Shown here piece by piece: positions 16,602 to 26,267 of a stretch of 30,315 nucleotides of DNA. Under the pieces are notes generated by a model. It saw only the letters and a program-made list of their open reading frames with translations, ran no database searches and was not told the origin of the DNA. The first letter of the stretch is position 1; every line of letters begins with the position of its first letter. This DNA comes from Chitinophagaceae bacterium (GTDB lineage: Bacteria; Bacteroidota; Bacteroidia; Chitinophagales; Chitinophagaceae). The translations under genes were made by a program, and so were the position numbers. The DNA is taken from the NCBI GenBank assembly GCA_947447815.1, contig CANFLJ010000001.1, forward strand, positions 1 to 30,315, in the 5' to 3' direction.

Positions 16602-19487
16602 ATGAGATACCGGATCTTTTTTATATTAACCTTTTTACTAATGATTGCTGTGGCTAGTGAAGCTCAGCAGTTTTATCGTACCAGTAAGCCTGCCAGACGG
16701 TGGGTGGATAGTGTATATAAATCGCTTAGCAAGGAGGAACGTATTGCTCAGCTGATGGTGGTGCGTGCACATAGTAATCTGGGACCTGAACATGTGGCGG
16801 AGCTTACTCAAATAATTAAAAAGTATAATGTAGGGGGACTCTGCTTTTTTCAGGGTGGACCGGTAAGAGAGGCTATGCTGACCAACTACTATCAGCAGCT
16901 TTCCAAGACCCCTCTGATGGTTTGTATAGATGGTGAATGGGGACTGGGTATGCGACTGGATAGTGTAGTGAACTTTCCTCGTCAGATGATGATTGGCGCT
17001 GTGGCTGATAGCAATATAGTATATGCCTTTGGTAAGGCCGTGGCCAGACAGTGTAAGCGACTGGGCATACAGGTGAACTATGCTCCGGTGACCGACATTA
17101 ACAACAACCCTGACAACCCCGTAATTAATGACAGAAGCTTTGGAGAGAACAAGTATAAAGTAGCCTCGTTTGCTACCGCCTACATGCGTGGGCTGCAGGA
17201 TGAAAATGTGATGGCCTGTGCAAAGCATTTTCCTGGACATGGTGATGTGGCCGTGGATAGTCACCTGGATCTTCCGGTAATGAATAAAACCCTTGAGCAG
17301 CTGGATTCGCTAGAGCTATACCCTTTCCGAAGGATCATTAATGCGGGTGTGGCGAGTGTGATGAATGCACACCTGTACATTCCATCGATAGATACTACCG
17401 CTAACAGGGCTACTTCGCTTTCGTACAAAAATGTAACGGGATTGCTGAAGAACGAACTGGGTTTTAAAGGCATAGCCGTAACAGATGGTCTGGAGATGAA
17501 GGGGATTGCGAAATTTTATCCTGCAGGCGAAGCTTCGGTACAATCGCTGATAGCAGGAAATGATATGCTTTGTCTGCCAGGCGACATAGAAGGCAGTATA
17601 CAAAAAACGATGCTGGCACTGAAGCACCGATTGATAAAAAGAAAGGAATTTAAGGCGAGAGTAAAGAAGATATTGCTGTCGAAATATAACCTGCAACTTA
17701 ATCATGTATCGCCAATAGATACCGCCCATATAACAGAAGATATTAATAAAAATACCGCCGACATCAATACCCTGATTGCCAACAATGCCATCACCCTGGT
17801 AAAGCAGGAAACTGCGGGTATACTTCCTGTAACTGCAAAGGATAAACTGGCGTATATAGCAATAGGTACAGGAGTTGACAATGCTATTATCCGGTACCTG
17901 AAAACGAAGGTCGGCATAACTGTATTTTACCTTAATACCACAACTGATTCTGTACGCAGTTCTTTATTGATAGACAGTATTGCAAATGCGGGTTATACTA
18001 AGATAATTGCAGGCATACATCATTATAGCAGGAGACCTGCTAATAACTTCGGTATTGCAGGACCGAATCTGTATGCCATACAGTTGCTGGCAAAAAAGAA
18101 GCATGCTATTATGGTGGCATTTGGTAATCCTTACTTCATCAGAAACTTTGCTGCGGCTGCCAATATCATGGCCTGCTATGAAGATGATGATATCACGCAG
18201 ACTGTTGCTGCACAGATGCTGCTGGGCTATCTGCAACCTAAGGGTACTCTGCCCGTATCGGTTAATAATACCCTGAAAGCAGGTACTGGCATTGTAAGCA
18301 GTGCACTTGCAGTGAATGAAACAGGGATAAATACCAGCGCTATAGATAGTATTGTACAAAATGGCCTGTTGGAAAAAGCATTTCCTGGCTGCAGCATAAT
18401 GGCTATTTATAAAGGCAAGATAGTACTGCATAAAACCTATGGATTTACCGACAATGAACATGCAGTGCCTGTAAGTAAAAACATGCTGTATGATGTTGCC
18501 TCTATAACCAAAGTAGCTGCTACCACCCTTGCAGTAATGAAGCTGTATGACGAACAGAAAATAAAGCTGGATGATACTTTGGGCATGTATCTTCCCCTTA
18601 CCCGTAATACAGAGATAGGAGGATTGACTATCCGCAACCTGATGATTCATCAGGCTGGACTGGTATCCTTTATTCCATTTTACAAAGAGCTAACCGATAC
18701 CCTGAAAGGAAAGGTAAAGCCTAGTTATTTTAGTAGCACCTATAGCACAGCATTTCCTATTCCTGTTGCTGAAAATATGTATCTGAGAAAGGACTGGAAC
18801 GATACGATGTATAGCAGAATAACCAACAGTAAACTGGTAAATAAAGGACGATATGTATATAGTGATAACGATTTTATACTGATGGGGAAAGTAGTAGAAA
18901 GCATTACCCATCAATCGCTGGAAGATTATGTAACAGAACAGTTTTATCTGCCGATGCAACTGAACAATATTGGTTATCATCCACTGGATAAATTTTATGC
19001 GCAAGCGATTGTTCCATCGGAAAAAGACAACTGGTTTAGAAAGCAAACTTTACAGGGTTATGTAAACGACGAGGGCGCTGCTATGATGGGTGGTGCAGCA
19101 GGACATGCAGGACTGTTTGCCAATGCCGAAAACCTTGGAATTTTGTTTCAGATGTTGCTGAATAAAGGCAGCTGGAATGGAAGAATCTACATACAACCTT
19201 CTACGGTAGATTTATTTACCGGATACCATAGTAAACAAAGCAGAAGGGGACTGGGATTTGATAAACCGGAATTACATAATCAGGGTAAGGATCATTATCC
19301 ATGCCCTTCAATATCGAGCGCTGCCTTTGGGCATACCGGATTTACGGGCACCTGTGTATGGGCCGATCCTGCGAAGGAACTGGTATTTGTATTTTTGAGT
19401 AACCGAACATATCCTGACAGGAAAAATACTTTATTGAATAGTATGAATATCAGGGGTAAGTTGCTGGAGGAGTGCTACAAGTTTTAG
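16602..19487 (+). CDS. Secreted GH3 beta-N-acetylglucosaminidase (NagZ-like) fused to a beta-lactamase-fold serine hydrolase
   Basis: ATG at 16602 gives signal peptide MRYRIFFILTFLLMIAVASEA. KHFPGHGDVAVDSH, VTDGLEM; SxxK in ASITK, YSD, GHTGFTG. Confidence 0.92.
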   Translation: MRYRIFFILTFLLMIAVASEAQQFYRTSKPARRWVDSVYKSLSKEERIAQLMVVRAHSNLGPEHVAELTQIIKKYNVGGLCFFQGGPVREAMLTNYYQQLSKTPLMVCIDGEWGLGMRLDSVVNFPRQMMIGAVADSNIVYAFGKAVARQCKRLGIQVNYAPVTDINNNPDNPVINDRSFGENKYKVASFATAYMRGLQDENVMACAKHFPGHGDVAVDSHLDLPVMNKTLEQLDSLELYPFRRIINAGVASVMNAHLYIPSIDTTANRATSLSYKNVTGLLKNELGFKGIAVTDGLEMKGIAKFYPAGEASVQSLIAGNDMLCLPGDIEGSIQKTMLALKHRLIKRKEFKARVKKILLSKYNLQLNHVSPIDTAHITEDINKNTADINTLIANNAITLVKQETAGILPVTAKDKLAYIAIGTGVDNAIIRYLKTKVGITVFYLNTTTDSVRSSLLIDSIANAGYTKIIAGIHHYSRRPANNFGIAGPNLYAIQLLAKKKHAIMVAFGNPYFIRNFAAAANIMACYEDDDITQTVAAQMLLGYLQPKGTLPVSVNNTLKAGTGIVSSALAVNETGINTSAIDSIVQNGLLEKAFPGCSIMAIYKGKIVLHKTYGFTDNEHAVPVSKNMLYDVASITKVAATTLAVMKLYDEQKIKLDDTLGMYLPLTRNTEIGGLTIRNLMIHQAGLVSFIPFYKELTDTLKGKVKPSYFSSTYSTAFPIPVAENMYLRKDWNDTMYSRITNSKLVNKGRYVYSDNDFILMGKVVESITHQSLEDYVTEQFYLPMQLNNIGYHPLDKFYAQAIVPSEKDNWFRKQTLQGYVNDEGAAMMGGAAGHAGLFANAENLGILFQMLLNKGSWNGRIYIQPSTVDLFTGYHSKQSRRGLGFDKPELHNQGKDHYPCPSISSAAFGHTGFTGTCVWADPAKELVFVFLSNRTYPDRKNTLLNSMNIRGKLLEECYKF

Positions 19488-19494
19488 AACGTGA

Positions 19495-19630
19495 ACAAAG
19501 GCAAAGAGGCAATAGGCAAAGAGGCAAGAGGAATACAAATACAAGGAGGTAGGAGGTAGGAGGCAGGAGAATACAAATTAGCTAATTTGCTGATGTGATA
19601 ATGTGCTAATTAATACAAGGTAAGAGGCAA
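19495..19630 (+). repeat. AATACA-delimited modular repeat cluster H
   Basis: ggcaaagaggcaataggcaaagaggcaagagg-aataca-aataca-aggaggtaggaggtaggaggcaggag-aataca-aattagctaatttgctgatgtgataatgtgctaatt-aataca. Confidence 0.85.
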
Positions 19631-19798
19631 GCGGAATTCAGACTATTTTGATCCTGCTTTATTCTTAATGCTATACTCTTAACACGCTGTTTTCCCTGAT
19701 AAATAGCCGAATAAAAAGTATATCCCTTCATTGTTGATTAATGGATACCTTATATACTCTGAGCATTATTTTATATAGTTTTCATTTTAAGATTTTGT

Positions 19799-19934
19799 CT
19801 CATAGCCGGCAGGCTCTGTTCATACACCACCACTGCTGACTCCTTGTCTTACCCACTAAAGTGGGCTCAACATTTTGGCTATCGCCAAAACCGGACCGAC
19901 TGATGTGGCTTGTGTATGAACGGGTGACAACGAG
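19799..19934 (-). repeat. About 140-bp structured dispersed element, copy 2 (inverted)
   Basis: Reverse complement aligns to 10880-11018 at roughly 90% by eye. Confidence 0.85.
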
Positions 19935-20070
19935 TAGGACAGCTTAAATAATACTTTGAACATGCCTTATTCGTAGTTCTTTTAGTGTTATAAATTCATT
20001 TCCCAAAACAACACTTCATTAATAAAGTAAATAATTCTGTAATATCGGCTATCGATTATGTAGTTGAGTG

Positions 20071-20922
20071 TTATTTATTTTTGAGGAGGTTTACTACATC
20101 TACTGTAAGTCCGGCTGAAATGCAATTGGTTAATGCATCTACTTTTTTCCTAGACACAAAAGAACTAAGTGTTGCAGTACCAATAAGATGGAAATTTTTT
20201 ACTCCTAAAGATATCATAGCAGTAGGTTCAAAGGTTACCAGATAATCGTTGCTATTCACATTCATTTTGAAGTAGTCCTTTTCGTTTGTTGTATAATTAT
20301 TGTCTGCAAATTGGTAGTTGAATGCGGAGATTTTTCCTACTAAAGCAAGCGAAATATTTGGGATAGGATTTATATAAAAACCTGGTTGAATAAAGAAGGT
20401 ATTGATGGAACCATTCTGATGTCGTTCATATTTATTAGTATCGCTGGAAAAACCGCTTTCATTCATTGAAAACTGACCTATGCTATACCCGGCATATGTA
20501 CTAAAAAAGATTGTTTTTGTTTTGTTTACAGGAGTATAATATCCCAACATAAACTCCTGAGTACTTCTGCTGGTGTGCACATTAGAAGAATCGTAATAGT
20601 TGTACTCTACAGGCTTAAATAATCCACCATTACTCCGATAATAAATAGTATGATCGCTCATATAATTGTAACTATACCCAATAGCCCAATGATTGCTAAT
20701 TGCATAAGCTGTTTTAAATGCTAGGCCATATATGGTGGCTTTGCCTTGTGATCCCAAGGAGCCTTCGGCACTTAATTTAGATTCTCCTTTCTTTTCTAAT
20801 ACTGGAATATTAGGAGTAGGCACATAGTATAAAAACCTGTGGGAGGAACAGGCTGTTAAGGACAATATCAATGACAGGATGATTGTACTCTTTATTTTAT
20901 CAGCTAAAAGGTATAAAGACAT
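20071..20922 (-). CDS. Hypothetical lipoprotein, beta-strand rich
   Basis: 283 aa. Lipobox-like IILSLILSLTAC; alternating aromatic/Gly strands. Confidence 0.75.
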   Translation of the reverse strand: MSLYLLADKIKSTIILSLILSLTACSSHRFLYYVPTPNIPVLEKKGESKLSAEGSLGSQGKATIYGLAFKTAYAISNHWAIGYSYNYMSDHTIYYRSNGGLFKPVEYNYYDSSNVHTSRSTQEFMLGYYTPVNKTKTIFFSTYAGYSIGQFSMNESGFSSDTNKYERHQNGSINTFFIQPGFYINPIPNISLALVGKISAFNYQFADNNYTTNEKDYFKMNVNSNDYLVTFEPTAMISLGVKNFHLIGTATLSSFVSRKKVDALTNCISAGLTVDVVNLLKNK

Positions 20923-20939
20923 AGATATAATTCAGGTGC

Positions 20940-21000
20940 AATATAAATACAAATTTGATGATTTGATATTTTGATGATTTGATAATGTATACAAATACAG
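20940..21000 (+). repeat. AATACA-delimited modular repeat cluster I
   Basis: aataca-aatttgatgatttgatattttgatgatttgataatg-tataca-aataca. Confidence 0.8.
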
Positions 21001-21061
21001 AGGTCTCTGAATGCAGCTAATGCTTAGTAATACAACTGCTGATTTATATTCTATCTTCCAT

Positions 21062-21096
21062 AAAAAAGAGACGGCCACTTTTGGAGTGACCGCCTC
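21062..21096 (-). terminator. Intrinsic terminator downstream of the T9SS gene
   Basis: Minus strand GAGGCGGTCACT-CCAAA-AGTGGCCGTCTC (12 bp with two G-U pairs) followed by T6. Confidence 0.75.
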
Positions 21097-21326
21097 TTTA
21101 ACCCAGAATACGCAATAGATATTCTATTACAAACTCCAAATGCGTCAAACACCAGTATTTGCTTGATTTTTTGTTATTACCATAGTTTACTATGCTTGCT
21201 AACAAAAAATCTGCTCAAACACTTGTCTTTATTGCATTTGTAGCTTTCATAACGAATCCTACTGCGAAATCTAGGTTTACCCATGAAACTCTACTGCTAT
21301 GAACGCAGATTATTAACTCTACCCTA

Positions 21327-24300
21327 TTACTTGATGAACAATTCGTTTCTGTAAACAATCTTTGCTGCCTCGTCTCTTACTACTAAAGAATACATACCAG
21401 CAGAAATACTTCTATTTACATTTATAGCTTCTGAAACAGAAGATCCTTCCTGATAATTGATAGTAGTAGCTTGTAGATTCTGACCAAGATTATTGATTAA
21501 TACGATGCTGTATTTTCCTTTGCCTAAACCTGCCATCTGTAGATTGATTACTTTATCTACCACAGGGTTTGGATATACACTTATGCTTTCTTTATCGTTA
21601 GTAGTTTTAATCATAACAACATTGCTGTAATAGGTTTTGCCGTTCATCTCTGTTACCTTAATTCTGTAATAATTGTAACGGGACAATTTAGCTTCGTCAT
21701 TCCAGTTATAACTTGCAGTGATTGTGTTCTTAGCAGACTGTGTATTGTAGCTAGTGAAATCTTTACCATCGGTAGATTTTTCTACTTCATAATGACTGAT
21801 TTTTTCTTCATTAGCAGTAGTCCATGAAACAGTTACCTTCTTTTCGTTTTGGACAGCTTTTACTGAAGTAAACTTAACTGCCAGTCCTGTTACATTTTTG
21901 AATATCACCCTAAAACGATCTTTATAAGAAGCAGGATCAGCAGTTGGTGTAAAGGTAACCGTACTGGTAGCGGCGTATTCTATACCTGTAACATTATCCT
22001 GGATAAATGGTTGCAGTGTACCTTGATTTAGATATTGTGAAACATCCAGTTTAAGATCGTAAGAAACATTTGCCTGCAGCTGTGTAATCTGTATAGAGAT
22101 TACATCATTCACTACTGGTAATGGTAAACCATCGATACTTAAATTTTCGGATGATTCGGCTATGTAGATATTCTCGCCACCATTAAAGAGTTTCTTGGTA
22201 TCTTCTTCTCCATTGCTCTTTGAGAAGGCATTATCAAATACAACTGCTGCAGCATCTACATTAGTATATACTCCATTACTAGTTTTATTTAGATTTATAC
22301 TTAACACAGCAGTAGTAGTAGCTCCAAATACACTATTGTGAGAAGAGTTGAGCACCTTATCTGATTCTTTTATTTTAATATATGGTGTAGCTACCCCATA
22401 ATTATTAACCATGATAGCCTGACCAGATTCTATATTCAAGAAACTAGGATCGTTGGCAGAACCTCCTTTAGGATTAGGTATAACAGTAGTAACGTGTGTA
22501 GTTCTGTTATACTGCACAGTGATATAACGCTGGTATCCTGTAACTGCATCCTGATAAGTAGGATCAAGATAGTAGTATGAATTATAGATGCTGGAATGAC
22601 CCAATATTTTAGACCAGTCGATAGGACAAGCATATGGATTTGCTATCAAGCTAAAAGTACTAGAACCACTGGATAAGCCATAAGAAGAAGAAACAGCAAC
22701 ATCGTCAGCTGTGGAACCACTTAAAGTAATATTTACATCGCCTGTAATAAGTTTTCCTGTAGTACGCAGTGTAGTAGCAGTTGGCATATTATTAGGATTA
22801 GTATTCATATTAAAATTTCTAGCGCCTCTGATAATTCCTCTGTAACCTCTGAATGGATCCAGATTAGTTCCTTTGGTAGTAGTAATTGCAGACCAGGTAG
22901 TACCGCTTAAAGTATACATAGAAGGTAGGCCAGCGTAGGTATAATCTAACCCTGAAGAAGCCTCGACATTAGATAAGCCAGCAGCACCTTTGGCCGCAGG
23001 ACCTGTGATATAGAAACCATAGTTGCCAGATGCGCCATTCTCCTGCCAGTTGGCAAATATGGAACCAGCATCCGCTACAGAAGGAGCAAGATCGCGATAG
23101 TTTCTGTATCCTTTAGTGATATAGCGTTCTACCGTTACGTTGCCAGAAACTGCTGCACCAGGTATAACCGGGGCTACTAAAGCCGTATTATTTAAAGAAG
23201 TAGACTTCAGTGTAAGATTGTTGTTGGTATAAAGAGTACCGCCTTGTAAGCTCAGTTGATTTAAGATGTTAACTTTATTCTGTGAGCCTGAATAAATGGT
23301 AACTCCTGCTGTATTATTTATTGTTAAGAAATTAAGATTAACAATACCTGCGATAGTTTGAGCAGCGGTACCATTCATAGTCAGGTTACCTGAAATCTGA
23401 CTATTACTGAACGCTACATCTCCGGTAATATTTACGTTATTAGGTCCACCAGTGTTGATGTTGGTATTATTATCAAACTTCAGATTATGTACTGTAACAC
23501 TACTGGTTAAAACAGGATACATGTTGCTACCTGTCTGACCAATAGTAACATCATCGGTAGCAACCGGAGCACGACCAAAAGACCAATTGTCGCCATTAGT
23601 CCAGGAAGTAGTATTGGCTGCCGCAGTCCAAACGATATCTCCTACTGGGGCAGCAGTAGCTCCTCTAATTGATCTGAAATCGCTTGCAGTACCTGCCAAT
23701 AATTCGTCATAATATAATACATTAATTTCGGTACCTACCGGAACTGTGGCATATAGCCCTTCGCCACTATGCCCTGTAGCAGAAGATCCAAACGTAATTA
23801 CATCATAATAAATAGAATTACTGTAAGCATAAAAGAAAGTATCTACATTCCAGGAACATGCAGTATGACCTGAAGTTCTGGTAGTAGAATTGACAGCACT
23901 ATGCCAAGTATTAAGAACAGGTCTGCTGATCATAAAATTGATACCATATTCGTGGTGTAAAACCGGATTATAAAAACCACCCGTAGCTATAATGGTATCC
24001 TTGCTTGGGATAACAATATCCATTACGCTAAATAAAGAAGTAGGAGCGCCATAAATTTCTTCCGATCTAACGGACCAGGTTGAACCATCGTACTGTGCTT
24101 TGTACATCCCACGAACGATAGGGCTTACGGTATTGTCGTAGTCGACACCAATGTAAGCAACGATCTTTCCGCTATCACTTACTATTTCAATATCATTTAC
24201 GTTTACATCCTGTCCGTCTGTTGAAGTATGAATGTAAAGTTGACTCCAATGCAAACCTCCGTCAAGGGTATAGAATACTCCACCCTTTTGTCCTGAATTA

Positions 24301-25772
24301 GTATTTTTATATCCTATCATTACGATATTGGTAAGCGAATCGCTAATGGCAATTGCCTGAATCTGAGAACCTACCTGAGGATAATTGTAAGGAGCATTTT
24401 CTGCAGTAAATATCTGCGACCATGAAGTTCCTTTATCGCTTGTTCTGTACAATCTAACATTACCTACATAAGCAGTAGTACTATCATCCACCATTTCGGC
24501 AGAGAAGTACGGCGAACCATCACCATTAGGAAATATAGAGGTACTCCATCTTTTAGCCGAACCACAGTAGTCGCTTACATATCTTACACCATCTTTACCG
24601 GCCAACCAGCCAAAAGATTTATCTTTATTCATGTCGAAATCATACACCTGTGTAGCCAGGATACCATCATCTATTTCATGAATAGAGGCACCACTGTTTT
24701 CGGACAAGCCCAAACCCTGATCGGTAGTCATTAATATATTACCCTTGTTAGTAAGACTGTTTTCGTTTAACAAGAAAACAGAACCATCGTTAGGATGGGT
24801 TTCGAAACCAGTATTACCAATCAGCACCCATGTGCCAGCAGCACCAGCAGAAGGGCTATAAGTAGATCCAAAATAAACATAAACAGAACCGAAAGTACCT
24901 GTTCTGAATTCGATATTATATCCTGAAGTACCGGTAATATTTGTATTAACGATAGTATAAGCAGATCCAAAAGAACTGGTATTGGCTACATATTTGTTTG
25001 GGTTAGTGCCCCCATTGGTACCCCCTACGTATACAGTGCCATCGTTATATACACCCATTGCAGACCAGCTATAGCCCGTAGCTGTAGGTACAGCCATTGC
25101 ATCGATAGTAGTAGTTGCAAAATCGATTCCGGAGGTAAAATCGCCACCAAACTGTAAAGCTTTAGGAGCAGAACCTTCTTTGAAGGCATATAATTTACTA
25201 TCATGACCTTTTACTAATGCGGTAAATGCATATCCATTTACGGTTGTGTTGCTAACCGCAGTAACTGTGCCTGTTGTAGCATCTATTGTAGAATAATAGA
25301 AAGTATTGTTGGCACCTACTGCACTTAAATAATAAAGTTTATTATTATGCACCGCAACATCAATGATACCACCGCCAGTAGGAACAGCAGTAGCTGCAGG
25401 ATCGGTAATAGAAGTATAATACAGATTGCCATTATTTACAAAGTAAATTTTTTCAGATTCTTTATGGTACGCAATACGTCTGATATTGCTTCCCAAGCCA
25501 ATTGATGCATCTGCAGAAGGAAGCACCGTAAAAGAATTTACTTTGGAAATAGAACCAAATGCACTAGCCTTTACATCAGCATAAAATAAAGAGTTAGCGC
25601 TTTCGGTAGCTACCACAATACGAAGGGAATCGGACAATACCCCTGTTCCAATTTTACCGCCTGTAATGGCATTAATTCTACCTCCATAAACACCTTCAAC
25701 CGTTGTGATGGTCTGGCCATGAACTAAGAGTATTGTAAAAATACTCAGGATAAATGTTAATTGTTTTTTCAT
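21327..25772 (-). CDS. T9SS-secreted protein with Asp-box (BNR) beta-propeller and type A sorting domain
   Basis: 1481 aa. Signal peptide; Asp-boxes RTSDKGTSW and YTLDGGLHW; C-terminal ISVYPNPV...GKYSIVL...YSLVV CTD. Confidence 0.9.
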   Translation of the reverse strand: MKKQLTFILSIFTILLVHGQTITTVEGVYGGRINAITGGKIGTGVLSDSLRIVVATESANSLFYADVKASAFGSISKVNSFTVLPSADASIGLGSNIRRIAYHKESEKIYFVNNGNLYYTSITDPAATAVPTGGGIIDVAVHNNKLYYLSAVGANNTFYYSTIDATTGTVTAVSNTTVNGYAFTALVKGHDSKLYAFKEGSAPKALQFGGDFTSGIDFATTTIDAMAVPTATGYSWSAMGVYNDGTVYVGGTNGGTNPNKYVANTSSFGSAYTIVNTNITGTSGYNIEFRTGTFGSVYVYFGSTYSPSAGAAGTWVLIGNTGFETHPNDGSVFLLNENSLTNKGNILMTTDQGLGLSENSGASIHEIDDGILATQVYDFDMNKDKSFGWLAGKDGVRYVSDYCGSAKRWSTSIFPNGDGSPYFSAEMVDDSTTAYVGNVRLYRTSDKGTSWSQIFTAENAPYNYPQVGSQIQAIAISDSLTNIVMIGYKNTNSGQKGGVFYTLDGGLHWSQLYIHTSTDGQDVNVNDIEIVSDSGKIVAYIGVDYDNTVSPIVRGMYKAQYDGSTWSVRSEEIYGAPTSLFSVMDIVIPSKDTIIATGGFYNPVLHHEYGINFMISRPVLNTWHSAVNSTTRTSGHTACSWNVDTFFYAYSNSIYYDVITFGSSATGHSGEGLYATVPVGTEINVLYYDELLAGTASDFRSIRGATAAPVGDIVWTAAANTTSWTNGDNWSFGRAPVATDDVTIGQTGSNMYPVLTSSVTVHNLKFDNNTNINTGGPNNVNITGDVAFSNSQISGNLTMNGTAAQTIAGIVNLNFLTINNTAGVTIYSGSQNKVNILNQLSLQGGTLYTNNNLTLKSTSLNNTALVAPVIPGAAVSGNVTVERYITKGYRNYRDLAPSVADAGSIFANWQENGASGNYGFYITGPAAKGAAGLSNVEASSGLDYTYAGLPSMYTLSGTTWSAITTTKGTNLDPFRGYRGIIRGARNFNMNTNPNNMPTATTLRTTGKLITGDVNITLSGSTADDVAVSSSYGLSSGSSTFSLIANPYACPIDWSKILGHSSIYNSYYYLDPTYQDAVTGYQRYITVQYNRTTHVTTVIPNPKGGSANDPSFLNIESGQAIMVNNYGVATPYIKIKESDKVLNSSHNSVFGATTTAVLSINLNKTSNGVYTNVDAAAVVFDNAFSKSNGEEDTKKLFNGGENIYIAESSENLSIDGLPLPVVNDVISIQITQLQANVSYDLKLDVSQYLNQGTLQPFIQDNVTGIEYAATSTVTFTPTADPASYKDRFRVIFKNVTGLAVKFTSVKAVQNEKKVTVSWTTANEEKISHYEVEKSTDGKDFTSYNTQSAKNTITASYNWNDEAKLSRYNYYRIKVTEMNGKTYYSNVVMIKTTNDKESISVYPNPVVDKVINLQMAGLGKGKYSIVLINNLGQNLQATTINYQEGSSVSEAINVNRSISAGMYSLVVRDEAAKIVYRNELFIK

Positions 25773-25978
25773 AACTACATGTTTTAAACTTGCCTACTAT
25801 TTTACCGGTTTCAGCATTCCGTGACTATTGTTAAAAAAGTATAGTCCAACTTTCTCCTTTATAATATCAACTTTATTTTGTTAATCTACCTAATACTGCT
25901 TTTTAATATTATCTAAGAACTAACTCAAAATGCATTATAAATTTTCATTTATGATTCTATACCTTTGAACTTCGATAA

Positions 25979-26010
25979 CAAATTTAGACTATGAATAATA
26001 ATATTTCAAA
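25979..26010 (-). promoter_or_regulatory. Bacteroidota housekeeping-sigma promoter for the T9SS gene
   Basis: Minus strand TTTG (26010-26007), 20-nt spacer, TAAATTTG (25986-25979); matches the -33/-7 consensus. Confidence 0.6.
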
Positions 26011-26267
26011 GGCTATATCTGTTGTTTGTGATGGAATATTTTTACTGATTTTACCATAAAAAGGGGCTTAATTCTAGTAGTATAGTATGGTAATACTTGA
26101 AATAATGAAACAAATACAGCTGTTTCAAGCTATAACTTGGGAAAATTAAGTCCATTATATTAAAATGGAAAAAGAGAAGGTTGTGATGATTTTTAGTTAA
26201 TTTTAATTTGTTGTTTGAACATTAAAAACAATTAAAATATATTAGCCAACGGTTAAGATTAAAGAAT

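Noticed and set aside
13739-19046. Numerous minus-strand and alternate-frame ORFs within murF-alr and GH3
   Set aside because: Shadow ORFs of GC-richer genes with no recognisable motifs.
18300-19487. Beta-lactamase-fold domain as an antibiotic-resistance gene
   Set aside because: It is fused to GH3 in a known cell-wall or glycan hydrolase architecture; the fold alone does not imply resistance.
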